Shown: one piece after another, positions 8,911-16,124 of the stretch
Layout of the letters: the number at the start of each line of letters is the position of its first letter
Numbering within the stretch: the stretch's first letter is position 1
Assembly: GCA_026414955.1 (NCBI GenBank)
Contig: JAOAIA010000002.1
Span: 1 to 40,503 of the forward strand
Reading direction: 5' to 3'
Source: Candidatus Bipolaricaulota bacterium
Lineage (GTDB): Bacteria; Bipolaricaulota; Bipolaricaulia; RBG-16-55-9; DRXL01
Length of the DNA stretch: 40,503 bases
Made by a program: the position numbers and the translations under genes
The notes under the pieces: model-generated
The model's database searches: none
What the model was told of the DNA's origin: nothing
Seen by the model: only the letters and a program-made list of their open reading frames with translations

Positions 8911-8933
8911 GGGAGGGGGGGTCTATCTTAGTT

Positions 8934-8961
8934 TTGTCTTTTGCCCGCACCTGAGTATAAT
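8934..8961 (+). promoter_or_regulatory. Promoter TTGTCT-16-TATAAT for uvrB; the -10 ends 10 nt before the ATG and there is no SD
   Basis: TTGTCT at 8934-8939, TATAAT at 8956-8961, ATG at 8972. Confidence 0.55.
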
Positions 8962-8971
8962 CACTACGACG

Positions 8972-10972
8972 ATGAGCACCCTGACCGATACGAGAGAATT
9001 CCAGCTTGTTTCGCCGTTTGCGCCGCGCGGCGACCAGCCGAAAGCCATCAAAGAACTGACGGAAGGACTGCGCGCCGGCTTGCAGCATCAGACACTGCTG
9101 GGCGTCACCGGCTCCGGCAAGACGTTCACTATTGCGCACGTCATCCAGAACGTTCAAAAACCGACTCTCGTCATCGCCCATAACAAGACGCTCGCGGCCC
9201 AGCTCTGCAACGAGTTTCGCGAATTTTTCCCGCACAACGCCGTACACTACTTCGTCAGTTATTATGACTACTATCAGCCCGAAGCGTATATCCCCCAGAC
9301 GGATACGTACATCGAGAAAGACGCTTCGATTAACGACGAAATAGACCGGCTGCGCCATGCAGCAACCAGCGCGCTCTTAGAACGCAGAGACGTGATCATC
9401 GTCGCGAGCGTCTCGTGCATCTATGGGCTGGGCACGCCCGGCGAGTACGCAGCTATGACCTTAGCGTTGCGCACGGGCGCGACCATCTCGCGCGACGAGA
9501 TCTTACACAAACTTGTCGAACTTCAGTACGAGCGCAACGAGATCGGCTTCGGTCGGGGGACTTTTCGCGCCAAGGGCGACACGATTGAAGTCATCCCGGC
9601 TTATAGCGAGAACGCCATCAGAATCGAACTCTTCGGCGACGAGATCGAGCGCATCTCCGAGCTGGACGCGCTCACGGGCAAGCGCCTGCGCGACTTAGAT
9701 TTCACGGTGGTCTACCCCGCAACGCACTGGGTCACCGGGAGAGAGAAGCTGGAGCGTGCCATTGAGTCTATTCGCGCCGAACTCGAAGAGCGCCTCACCG
9801 AGCTGCACCGTGCGGGGAAGCTCTTGGAAGCGCAGCGTCTGGAGCAACGCACCAAGTACGATCTAGAGATGCTGTGCGAGCTGGGCTACTGTTCTGGAAT
9901 CGAGAACTATTCGCGGCACTTGGACGGGCGCAGGCCCGGCGAGCCGCCCTGCACGCTGATAGACTACTTCCCCAAAGATTTCCTGATGGTCATTGACGAA
10001 TCTCACCAGACGATCCCCCAGATTCGCGGCATGTACAACGGGGATCGCTCGCGCAAGGAAGTCTTAATAGAATACGGCTTTCGGCTGCCGTCGGCGCTCG
10101 ACAACCGTCCGTTGAAGTTTGAGGAGTTCGAGCGCAAGATGAATCAAGTTATTTATGTCTCCGCGACGCCAGGGCCGTATGAGCGTGCCAAGAGCCAGAA
10201 GATCGTGGAGCAGATCATTCGGCCTACGGGTCTTGTTGACCCCGAAGTCGTCGTGCGCCCGGTGCAGGGACAGATTGACGATCTGATTGACGAGATCAGA
10301 GAAGTGACGAGCCGTAGTGAGCGCGTCTTGGTGACGACGCTGACCAAGAAGATGGCTGAAGACTTAACAGAATATCTGACAGAGCTTGGGATTAAGGCGC
10401 AGTACTTGCACTCCGAGATCGAAACACTCGATCGTGTGGATATTCTCTATGATCTGCGCGTGGGAGAATTTGACGTCTTGGTCGGGGTGAACTTGTTACG
10501 CGAGGGGCTTGATCTTCCAGAAGTCTCGCTCGTGGCGATCTTAGACGCCGACAAAGAAGGGTTCTTACGCTCGGAGACTTCGCTCATTCAGACGATTGGG
10601 CGAGCGGCGCGCAACGTGCGCGGCAGAGTCATTCTTTACGCAGACAACGTGACCGGCTCGATGAAGCGGGCAATCGCTGAGACGCAGCGTCGTAGAAAAC
10701 TTCAGCTTGAGTACAACGAGCGGCACGGGATCACGCCGGAGACGGTGAAGAAAGCGATCAGAGAGTTTATGCCGGAGCTTGCTCGCGAGAGCAAAGAGAA
10801 GAGAGCCAAGAAGAAGCTGACGGTGAAGACACCAGCGGAGTTAGCTGATCTCATCAAAGAGCTAGAGCAAGAGATGTACGCTGCTGCCAAGCGTCTCGAA
10901 TTCGAGAAGGCTGCGAAGCTGCGCGATGAGATCAAAGAGTTGAGACAAGAGCTGATTGGGGTTTCGAGCTGA
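8972..10972 (+). CDS. uvrB: Excinuclease ABC subunit B
   Basis: [19 protein letters not shown], the helicase motifs, and the C-terminal UVR domain ([16 protein letters not shown]). Start trimmed to the ATG at 8972 ([16 protein letters not shown]). Confidence 0.97.
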   Translation: MSTLTDTREFQLVSPFAPRGDQPKAIKELTEGLRAGLQHQTLLGVTGSGKTFTIAHVIQNVQKPTLVIAHNKTLAAQLCNEFREFFPHNAVHYFVSYYDYYQPEAYIPQTDTYIEKDASINDEIDRLRHAATSALLERRDVIIVASVSCIYGLGTPGEYAAMTLALRTGATISRDEILHKLVELQYERNEIGFGRGTFRAKGDTIEVIPAYSENAIRIELFGDEIERISELDALTGKRLRDLDFTVVYPATHWVTGREKLERAIESIRAELEERLTELHRAGKLLEAQRLEQRTKYDLEMLCELGYCSGIENYSRHLDGRRPGEPPCTLIDYFPKDFLMVIDESHQTIPQIRGMYNGDRSRKEVLIEYGFRLPSALDNRPLKFEEFERKMNQVIYVSATPGPYERAKSQKIVEQIIRPTGLVDPEVVVRPVQGQIDDLIDEIREVTSRSERVLVTTLTKKMAEDLTEYLTELGIKAQYLHSEIETLDRVDILYDLRVGEFDVLVGVNLLREGLDLPEVSLVAILDADKEGFLRSETSLIQTIGRAARNVRGRVILYADNVTGSMKRAIAETQRRRKLQLEYNERHGITPETVKKAIREFMPELARESKEKRAKKKLTVKTPAELADLIKELEQEMYAAAKRLEFEKAAKLRDEIKELRQELIGVSS

Positions 10973-11048
10973 TCGCTTTGCACTTCCCGCTCGTGCTGTT
11001 TAAGATAACCCCATCCTGATGGAAATCAAAGAGTTGAGACAAGAGTAG
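10927..11048. repeat. Direct 21-nt repeat ATCAAAGAGTTGAGACAAGAG (10931-10951 and 11025-11045) duplicating the uvrB 3' end
   Basis: Exact 21-nt match, 94 nt apart. The second copy is followed directly by TAG. Confidence 0.85.
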
Positions 11049-11074
11049 TACGGGAGCACGCACAGCCCTCCTAC

Positions 11075-11704
11075 TCACGACTCCGGCGTGACGATATGAG
11101 GGGTAGCGATCAGCGAGGGGCTTTCTCTCAGCTCATCGGGGAGCTTGAAGAATCGCTCGACGTGCCCCAGCATCCCGTGAAGATACTTGCGCGGCTGCGC
11201 CGGATTGGCATACGCCCGAAAGATCTCCAGGCTCTTGGCCAGGGCTTCAGAGACTGCTTCAGATGGCAGCGGCTCCTTCTCCAGAAACTCTTGGAGCCCG
11301 TTCCACAGATGCGTAGCCAACGCTGTGCCCCCGGCTTCGACGACCATGACCGGGCCGAACCGACGCTGCAGAAACTCGAGGGCTTCTAAAACTTCGCTGT
11401 CTGTGCCCAGCGCCCGCTCACGATAGAACTGATAGATGAGCATCTCGACCATAGCGATCAAGTCTATCAATCGCTCTTTGCCGGCCTTATAGAGCGGCTC
11501 CGTCTTTGCCATCCAGAGGGCGTGAAATTCTTCCGCGAGCCGGACGCGCTGATAGCCCTCGTGCGCCTTGAAATACTTACAACTGATGGGACAGCTTATC
11601 TCAATGCCCCGGTGCTGCCCGCAACAACTTGGGCAGATCATGCCTCCCAGTGCCGGACACGAGCGCTTGCCCGTCCGCTTGCTACAGTAGACACAGAGAG
11701 ACAT
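11075..11704 (-). CDS. Uncharacterised protein with an N-terminal 8-Cys cluster; last gene of the Fe-S operon
   Basis: CVYCSKRTGKRSCPALGGMICPSCCGQHRGIEISCPISC. Its start codon directly abuts the DUF59 stop (TAAATG). No family recognised. Confidence 0.7.
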   Translation of the reverse strand: MSLCVYCSKRTGKRSCPALGGMICPSCCGQHRGIEISCPISCKYFKAHEGYQRVRLAEEFHALWMAKTEPLYKAGKERLIDLIAMVEMLIYQFYRERALGTDSEVLEALEFLQRRFGPVMVVEAGGTALATHLWNGLQEFLEKEPLPSEAVSEALAKSLEIFRAYANPAQPRKYLHGMLGHVERFFKLPDELRESPSLIATPHIVTPES

Positions 11705-12010
11705 TTAGATAAATCCCATCTCGGCGCGGATCTCGTCGGACATCATCTCGGGGTTCCACGGCGGGTCGAAGACGAACTCGACCTCGACGTTGACGTCCTC
11801 GCCGTAGTGCTCTTTAATCGCTCGTTCGCAATCGGCTTGGATCTGCTCGTAGAGCGGGCACCCGACGGTCGTCAGCGTCATCTCTAAGCGCACGTCTTTG
11901 TCGCCGCGAACCTCAACGTCGTAGAGTAGCCCTAGATCAACGACGTTGTACCCCAGCTCCGGGTCGAAGACGTTCTCGCGAATAATTTCGCGGATCTCGT
12001 CAGGGGTCAT
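11705..12010 (-). CDS. DUF59 / SufT-MIP18-like Fe-S assembly protein
   Basis: DPELGYNVVDLGLLYDV....TLTTVGCP is typical of DUF59. Confidence 0.85.
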   Translation of the reverse strand: MTPDEIREIIRENVFDPELGYNVVDLGLLYDVEVRGDKDVRLEMTLTTVGCPLYEQIQADCERAIKEHYGEDVNVEVEFVFDPPWNPEMMSDEIRAEMGFI

Positions 12011-12030
12011 GTGCGATCACCTCACTGTCC

Positions 12031-12084
12031 CTCTCACCTCTGCTCCCCTCTCCCTCGGAGGGGAGAGGGGCTGGAGGTGAGGGT
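12031..12084. repeat. GC-rich nested palindrome (CTCACCTC..CCCCTCTCC..GGAGAGGGG..GAGGTGAG) containing the mrp stop codon
   Basis: Inner stem 12045-12053 / 12062-12070; outer stem 12033-12040 / 12074-12081. Encodes the Mrp tail TLTSSPSPLRGRGEQR. Confidence 0.8.
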
Positions 12085-13107
12085 GAAATATTTGATAAGT
12101 TTATCGGCGATCTTGGTGAACTCTTGCGCCGCCGGTGACGACGGATCAGCTATCAGAATGGGCACACCGGCATCACCGCCCTCGCGCAGTTTCGGATCTA
12201 ATGGGATCTGCCCCAAGAATGGGATATTTTGTCGTTGGGCTTCGGCTGCGCCCCCGCCCTGCCCAAAGATATACTCTCTGTGTCCGCACTTGGGACAGAT
12301 ATAATACGCCATGTTCTCGATGATCCCAATAATGGGCACATCAAGCTTCTGGAACGCCCCGATGCCTCTTCGCACGTCGGAGAGCGCAACTTCCTGGGGG
12401 GTCGTCACGGCAATCGTCCCGGAGAGTGTCACGTCTTGAGCCAGGCCAAGGTGGGCGTCCCCAGTCCCGGGGGGCATGTCCATAATCAGATAATCTAACT
12501 CCGGCCACGCTGTGCTCTCTAATAACTCATTGATCGCTTTGGAGATCATCGGGCCGCGCCAGATGAGCGGGTCTCCTCCCCCGACTAATAAGCCGATAGA
12601 GATCGCGTGCACGCCGTACTTGAAGATCGGGACAAGCTTGCCGGCTGTGACCGTCGGCGGTTCCCTCAATCCCATAAGAGTGGGGATATTCGGCCCGTGT
12701 ACGTCAGCATCGAAAAGCCCGACGCGCGCCCCTTGCTGGGCTAACGCCACGGCGAGATTCACACTGACGGTGCTCTTGCCCACCCCGCCCTTGCCGCTGA
12801 AGATCGCAAGAATATGGGCGATCTGCGGGAAGTGCAGCTTCTGCATGGGACGAGGAGCTCTGGGCTGCGGGCGTGGGGTCTGGGCAAATTCGACATGGAC
12901 TGTCTCGATCTCCGGGATGGCTTTGAGGGCCTGCTCAGCCCACGACTTCAATTGGGATTTTGACGCATACGCCGGCAGAAACTTCAACCGCACTCGCACG
13001 GATCTTTCGTCAACCGCGAGGTCGTCGACGAGATCGCTCAGCGATCGGTGGGCGTGGGGAATCTCGATCTGGCGCAGGGCTTCGCGGACGCGCTCGCTCA
13101 GAGTCAT
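12034..13107 (-). CDS. mrp: Fe-S cluster carrier ATPase Mrp/ApbC/NBP35 family with N-terminal DUF59-like domain
   Basis: Walker A GKGGVGKST and the CPKCGH motif. Start trimmed to the ATG at 13107 (MTLSERVREAL), which overlaps the Rrf2 stop by 1 nt (TAATG). Confidence 0.92.
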   Translation of the reverse strand: MTLSERVREALRQIEIPHAHRSLSDLVDDLAVDERSVRVRLKFLPAYASKSQLKSWAEQALKAIPEIETVHVEFAQTPRPQPRAPRPMQKLHFPQIAHILAIFSGKGGVGKSTVSVNLAVALAQQGARVGLFDADVHGPNIPTLMGLREPPTVTAGKLVPIFKYGVHAISIGLLVGGGDPLIWRGPMISKAINELLESTAWPELDYLIMDMPPGTGDAHLGLAQDVTLSGTIAVTTPQEVALSDVRRGIGAFQKLDVPIIGIIENMAYYICPKCGHREYIFGQGGGAAEAQRQNIPFLGQIPLDPKLREGGDAGVPILIADPSSPAAQEFTKIADKLIKYFTLTSSPSPLRGRGEQR

Positions 13108-13565
13108 TATGAAACCTTCACTTTCCCACTCACCCTGTCTCCCTCTCCGGAGAGGGGCCGGTGGGTGAGGTCCATGACATCGCTCAAGGTGAGCGATCCC
13201 AGATATTCTTCGAGCTTTTGGTTCACGATCTCCCAGACAGGGCTGGTGGGACAGCCGTCCTCGATGGCACATTTCAAGCTGGGATCCAAGCACGTGACGA
13301 GCGCGATAGGGCCGTCGAGGGCGTGCACGATCTCGCGCAAGGAGATAGCAGACGGGCGCTTCTTCAGCAGATACCCGCCGCCGCGCCCGTGGGTCGCTTC
13401 GACTAAGCCGTGCTCCCGCAGCTCTTGCATGATCTTCTCCAAAAACGGTTCGGGGATCTTGTGCTCTGCGGAGAGCTGGCCAATAGAGACCGGCTCTTGA
13501 TTATAGCGCTGGGCGAGCGTGCAGAGCGCCCGCAGCCCGTAATCGCTCTTCCGTGTCACTTTCAT
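13107..13565 (-). CDS. Rrf2/IscR-like transcriptional regulator with three cluster-ligand cysteines
   Basis: MKVTRKSDYGLRAL, HTH region, C-x6-C-x5-C (VTCLDPSLKCAIEDGC). The C-terminal ~20 aa are encoded by a palindromic repeat. Confidence 0.88.
   Translation of the reverse strand: MKVTRKSDYGLRALCTLAQRYNQEPVSIGQLSAEHKIPEPFLEKIMQELREHGLVEATHGRGGGYLLKKRPSAISLREIVHALDGPIALVTCLDPSLKCAIEDGCPTSPVWEIVNQKLEEYLGSLTLSDVMDLTHRPLSGEGDRVSGKVKVS
13125..13170. repeat. GC-rich nested palindrome (CTCACCC..CCTCTCCGGAGAGG..GGGTGAG) forming the Rrf2 C-terminal tail
   Basis: Perfect inner palindrome at 13142-13155; outer arms at 13129-13135 / 13163-13169. Confidence 0.8.
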
Positions 13566-13578
13566 AGGAGACGCTCCA

Positions 13579-13603
13579 AAATCCGAGTGAAATACTCTGA
13601 TTT
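13579..13603. promoter_or_regulatory. 25-bp dyad AAATCCGAGTGAAATACTCTGATTT, candidate Rrf2/IscR operator
   Basis: 18 of 25 positions are self-complementary. It sits just downstream of the -10 box and spans the expected TSS. Confidence 0.4.
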
Positions 13604-13604
13604 C

Positions 13605-13633
13605 ATTGTAAAAAAGACCGGGACAAAAGTCAA
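13605..13633 (-). promoter_or_regulatory. Promoter TTGACT-17-TACAAT for the Rrf2-mrp-DUF59-Cys-rich operon
   Basis: On the plus strand, agtcaa at 13628-13633 and attgta at 13605-13610. Confidence 0.6.
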
Positions 13634-13699
13634 CCAGACTCCGTCTGGACTGTTCGCCCCTCCTCGCTGGCCAAGATGAAGGGCAAGCGAAGCGTGCGC
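13634..13699. repeat. Two-hairpin element family, copy C (hairpin 2 left arm degraded)
   Basis: CCAGACtccGTCTGGACTGTTC...CTGGCCAAGATGAAGGGCAAGCGAAGC aligns with the copies at 15626, 34191 and 35209 (reverse complement). Confidence 0.75.
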
Positions 13700-13705
13700 A
13701 GCGTG

Positions 13706-14893
13706 TTATTCCGTAGGCTGGTTCTGCCCCTTCGCCGCCAATGCTTTCTCGATCAAGCGTTCGAAGATTGCCCAGACGCGCGAATAGCCCGTGGCCGGGT
13801 CGTGCTCGCTGATATTCTGTCTGGCGTTGGCCCGCGCGATCTCTTTGGCCTTGCCGATGAGCGCCGCGGCTTCGACACTCTGGCCGGCAGCTTCCAACGC
13901 CATCCCCTTTTGCATGAGTTTTGTGTACTCGCTCCCTGGCCCATGACAGGCTTCACACGTTACGTCCATGGTCTTGAGGGTCTCTTCGTCTATGAACGGG
14001 TGATCCTTGAATTCTTCGATGTTCTTGCTCGTCATAAATTCCGGACGGAACCAGACCTCGACGTGACGCTTGCTCGATTCGGGAATATAGACATCACTGA
14101 TTTCGGGGTGGCCATGGCACGCTACGCACGCTGCCGAGCCGACAAACGGCAACGGCTCCCCGGAGATCGAGACGTCGGTGCGGGCTTCGATCACTTTGGC
14201 TTGAGGGTTTTCCGTGCGAAACGGCGAGGTGCGCTCCCCAAAGCCCTCGACTAAGAACGTATCTTTATGCAGTTGCCACCACGCGAGGATGCGCGCCATC
14301 GCTTCTTCGCGCTTCTCTTTTGGCGCGTTGAAGACGAACCCAAAATCGTTCGCGGTCATCCACCGAATGCGCTCGATGCCCCGCTGGCGCTCGGCCCACC
14401 GCTCCGAACGCAGTTTCTCAATAGACTCCTCAAAAATCTGAGCGAAGCGCGTGCGCATCTCATGGTGGGCGAGTTCGGACCTCAAAGCTAACGAGTTCCC
14501 CCCGTGACATGCCGTGCACCCGACCTGGTCGAAGGGGAGTTGTTCGATCACTTTGACATTCTTGTGTATCTCGAGCAAATCTCTCAGAGGCTCTTGAGCG
14601 AATCCCGGCACGCCGACGTTGACATGACAGGTCATGCACAGATCGGCGCTGCGGCCTACTTCTGTGACGATCTTCTTAATCTGGAGATTCGCCTCGGCGC
14701 TCACGGCAATCGCGATCTGGTCGAAGAGCGAGAGCGAACCCTTTTGGGCTTGGGCTTTGTCCGTGAGCACTTTTGTCAGATATGCTCGTTGGTACTTCTT
14801 CCATTCTTGGTTGTAGTTGGTGAAGACGACAGTAAAGACCAGAAGCAACACCAGGACGGCCGACACAGCGAACCATTTGCGCACGTTCTCCAT
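13706..14893 (-). CDS. Membrane-anchored tetraheme c-type cytochrome
   Basis: Four CxxCH motifs (CMTCH, CTACH, CVACH, CEACH). N-terminal TM helix after the trimmed start at 14893 (MENVRKWFAVSAVLVLLL). Confidence 0.85.
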   Translation of the reverse strand: MENVRKWFAVSAVLVLLLVFTVVFTNYNQEWKKYQRAYLTKVLTDKAQAQKGSLSLFDQIAIAVSAEANLQIKKIVTEVGRSADLCMTCHVNVGVPGFAQEPLRDLLEIHKNVKVIEQLPFDQVGCTACHGGNSLALRSELAHHEMRTRFAQIFEESIEKLRSERWAERQRGIERIRWMTANDFGFVFNAPKEKREEAMARILAWWQLHKDTFLVEGFGERTSPFRTENPQAKVIEARTDVSISGEPLPFVGSAACVACHGHPEISDVYIPESSKRHVEVWFRPEFMTSKNIEEFKDHPFIDEETLKTMDVTCEACHGPGSEYTKLMQKGMALEAAGQSVEAAALIGKAKEIARANARQNISEHDPATGYSRVWAIFERLIEKALAAKGQNQPTE

Positions 14894-14900
14894 AGTTCTA

Positions 14901-16124
14901 TTATGATAGCAAATTTGGGGTGAGTGCGCGAGCCCGTTGGCGCGCCCACCGATCCGCTTCGAGAATCTCTTCAAGAGTGGGATCGGGCACGCCCGTGTGC
15001 TCAGCGAGCACGCGCTCTAAGCCGCGCGCGATCCCTAGAAACGAGATCTCCCTGTTTAAGAATCTTTGCACCAAGACTTCATCGGCGGCGTTGGCTACCG
15101 CCGGAAAGGTCCCCCCACGACGCCCAGCTTCGCACACCAGCCAGAACGCAGGATACCGCTCCCGCCCCACCGGCGCAAACTCTAATCTCTGCTTCACCAG
15201 ATCCAATCGCTCGCCTGGAGATGGCACGCGCTCCGGATACGTCAGAGCATACTGAATGGGCCGCTTCATATCCGTCGTGCTCAGATGGGCCAAGATGCTT
15301 CCATCTCTCACTTCGACCAGCCCGTGCACGATGCTCTGCGGGTGAATGAGCACAGAGATCTTTTCATAGGGCAGCTCGAAGAGCCAATGGGCTTCAATGA
15401 CTTCAAACGCTTTGTTGACGAGCGTGGCTGAATCTATAGTAATGCGCTTGCCCATCTGCCAGGTGGGGTGCTGCAGGGCCTCTTCGACAGTGATCTGAGC
15501 AAACGAGTCGAGCGGGCGTGTCCGAAATGGCCCGCCAGAAGCCGTCACGATCACTCGCTCGATCTCATCCCGACGCAGAGAGTGCAGGAGCTGGAAGAGC
15601 GCGCTGTGCTCGCTGTCTATGGGGACCAGGCTTCGCCTGGACCGTACGCCTTGGCCAGCCTCCGACTGGCCAAGATGAACGTCAAGCGAAGCTTGTACCA
15701 AATGCCCCCCAATGACTAACGACTCCTTGTTCGCCAGCGCGACAGTTTTCTTGGCTTTAAGGGCTTCGAGCGTCGGGATCAAGCCCGCCGCACCGACGAG
15801 CGCGTTGACGACAAGATCGGCTTCAGGATAGGTCGCTACCGCTTGCAGGCCCTCACCCCCGACGACGATCTCCCCGGTCCAAAAAGTCTTGAGCAATTGT
15901 CTGAGCCGACTGAGGTCCTTGGCGCGCTCCAGAGCAAGAAGCTTGGGCTGGAAGCGCTGGGCTTGCGCTGCCAAGAGTTCCAAGTTCTTGCCCGCCGCTA
16001 GTGCTACGACCGAAAAAGTATGCCCGGCCCGATTGAGGACTTCGATGACCGCAAGCGTCTGCGACCCAATCGAGCCGGTCGATCCCAAGATCGCGATGCG
16101 CTTACTTATGACACTCGGTGGCAT
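14901..16124 (-). CDS. dxr: 1-deoxy-D-xylulose 5-phosphate reductoisomerase carrying an in-frame repeat copy
   Basis: ILGSTGSIGSQTL, LANKESLV and PIDSEHSA. Confidence 0.95.
   Translation of the reverse strand: MPPSVISKRIAILGSTGSIGSQTLAVIEVLNRAGHTFSVVALAAGKNLELLAAQAQRFQPKLLALERAKDLSRLRQLLKTFWTGEIVVGGEGLQAVATYPEADLVVNALVGAAGLIPTLEALKAKKTVALANKESLVIGGHLVQASLDVHLGQSEAGQGVRSRRSLVPIDSEHSALFQLLHSLRRDEIERVIVTASGGPFRTRPLDSFAQITVEEALQHPTWQMGKRITIDSATLVNKAFEVIEAHWLFELPYEKISVLIHPQSIVHGLVEVRDGSILAHLSTTDMKRPIQYALTYPERVPSPGERLDLVKQRLEFAPVGRERYPAFWLVCEAGRRGGTFPAVANAADEVLVQRFLNREISFLGIARGLERVLAEHTGVPDPTLEEILEADRWARQRARALTPNLLS
15626..15699. repeat. Two-hairpin element family, copy D, in frame inside dxr
   Basis: 57 of 74 positions are identical, ungapped, to copy A (34191-34264). 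Both stems are preserved by paired substitutions. Encodes QASLDVHLGQSEAGQGVRSRRSL. Confidence 0.8.

Noticed and set aside
8684-9358. N-terminal 225 codons of the 576-aa minus-strand ORF extending upstream of the DAHP synthase
   Set aside because: DAHPS homology begins at MVVIMKVG (ATG at 8683, preceded by GGAGG). The extension overlaps the bona fide uvrB coding region and two promoters, and it has no recognisable motifs.
10973-11074. Bidirectional terminator hairpin between convergent uvrB and the Cys-rich gene
   Set aside because: The apparently matching GC-rich segments (CCCGCTCGTGC / GGGAGCACGC) are mirror repeats, not reverse complements, so no stable hairpin forms.
13108-13293. Upstream extensions of tracked ORFs: mrp to 13293, cytochrome c to 14974, lipid kinase to 35275, PLD-like gene to 2664, uvrB from 8831.
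   Set aside because: In each case homology starts at an internal Met. The extension overlaps a neighbouring gene, repeat or promoter.
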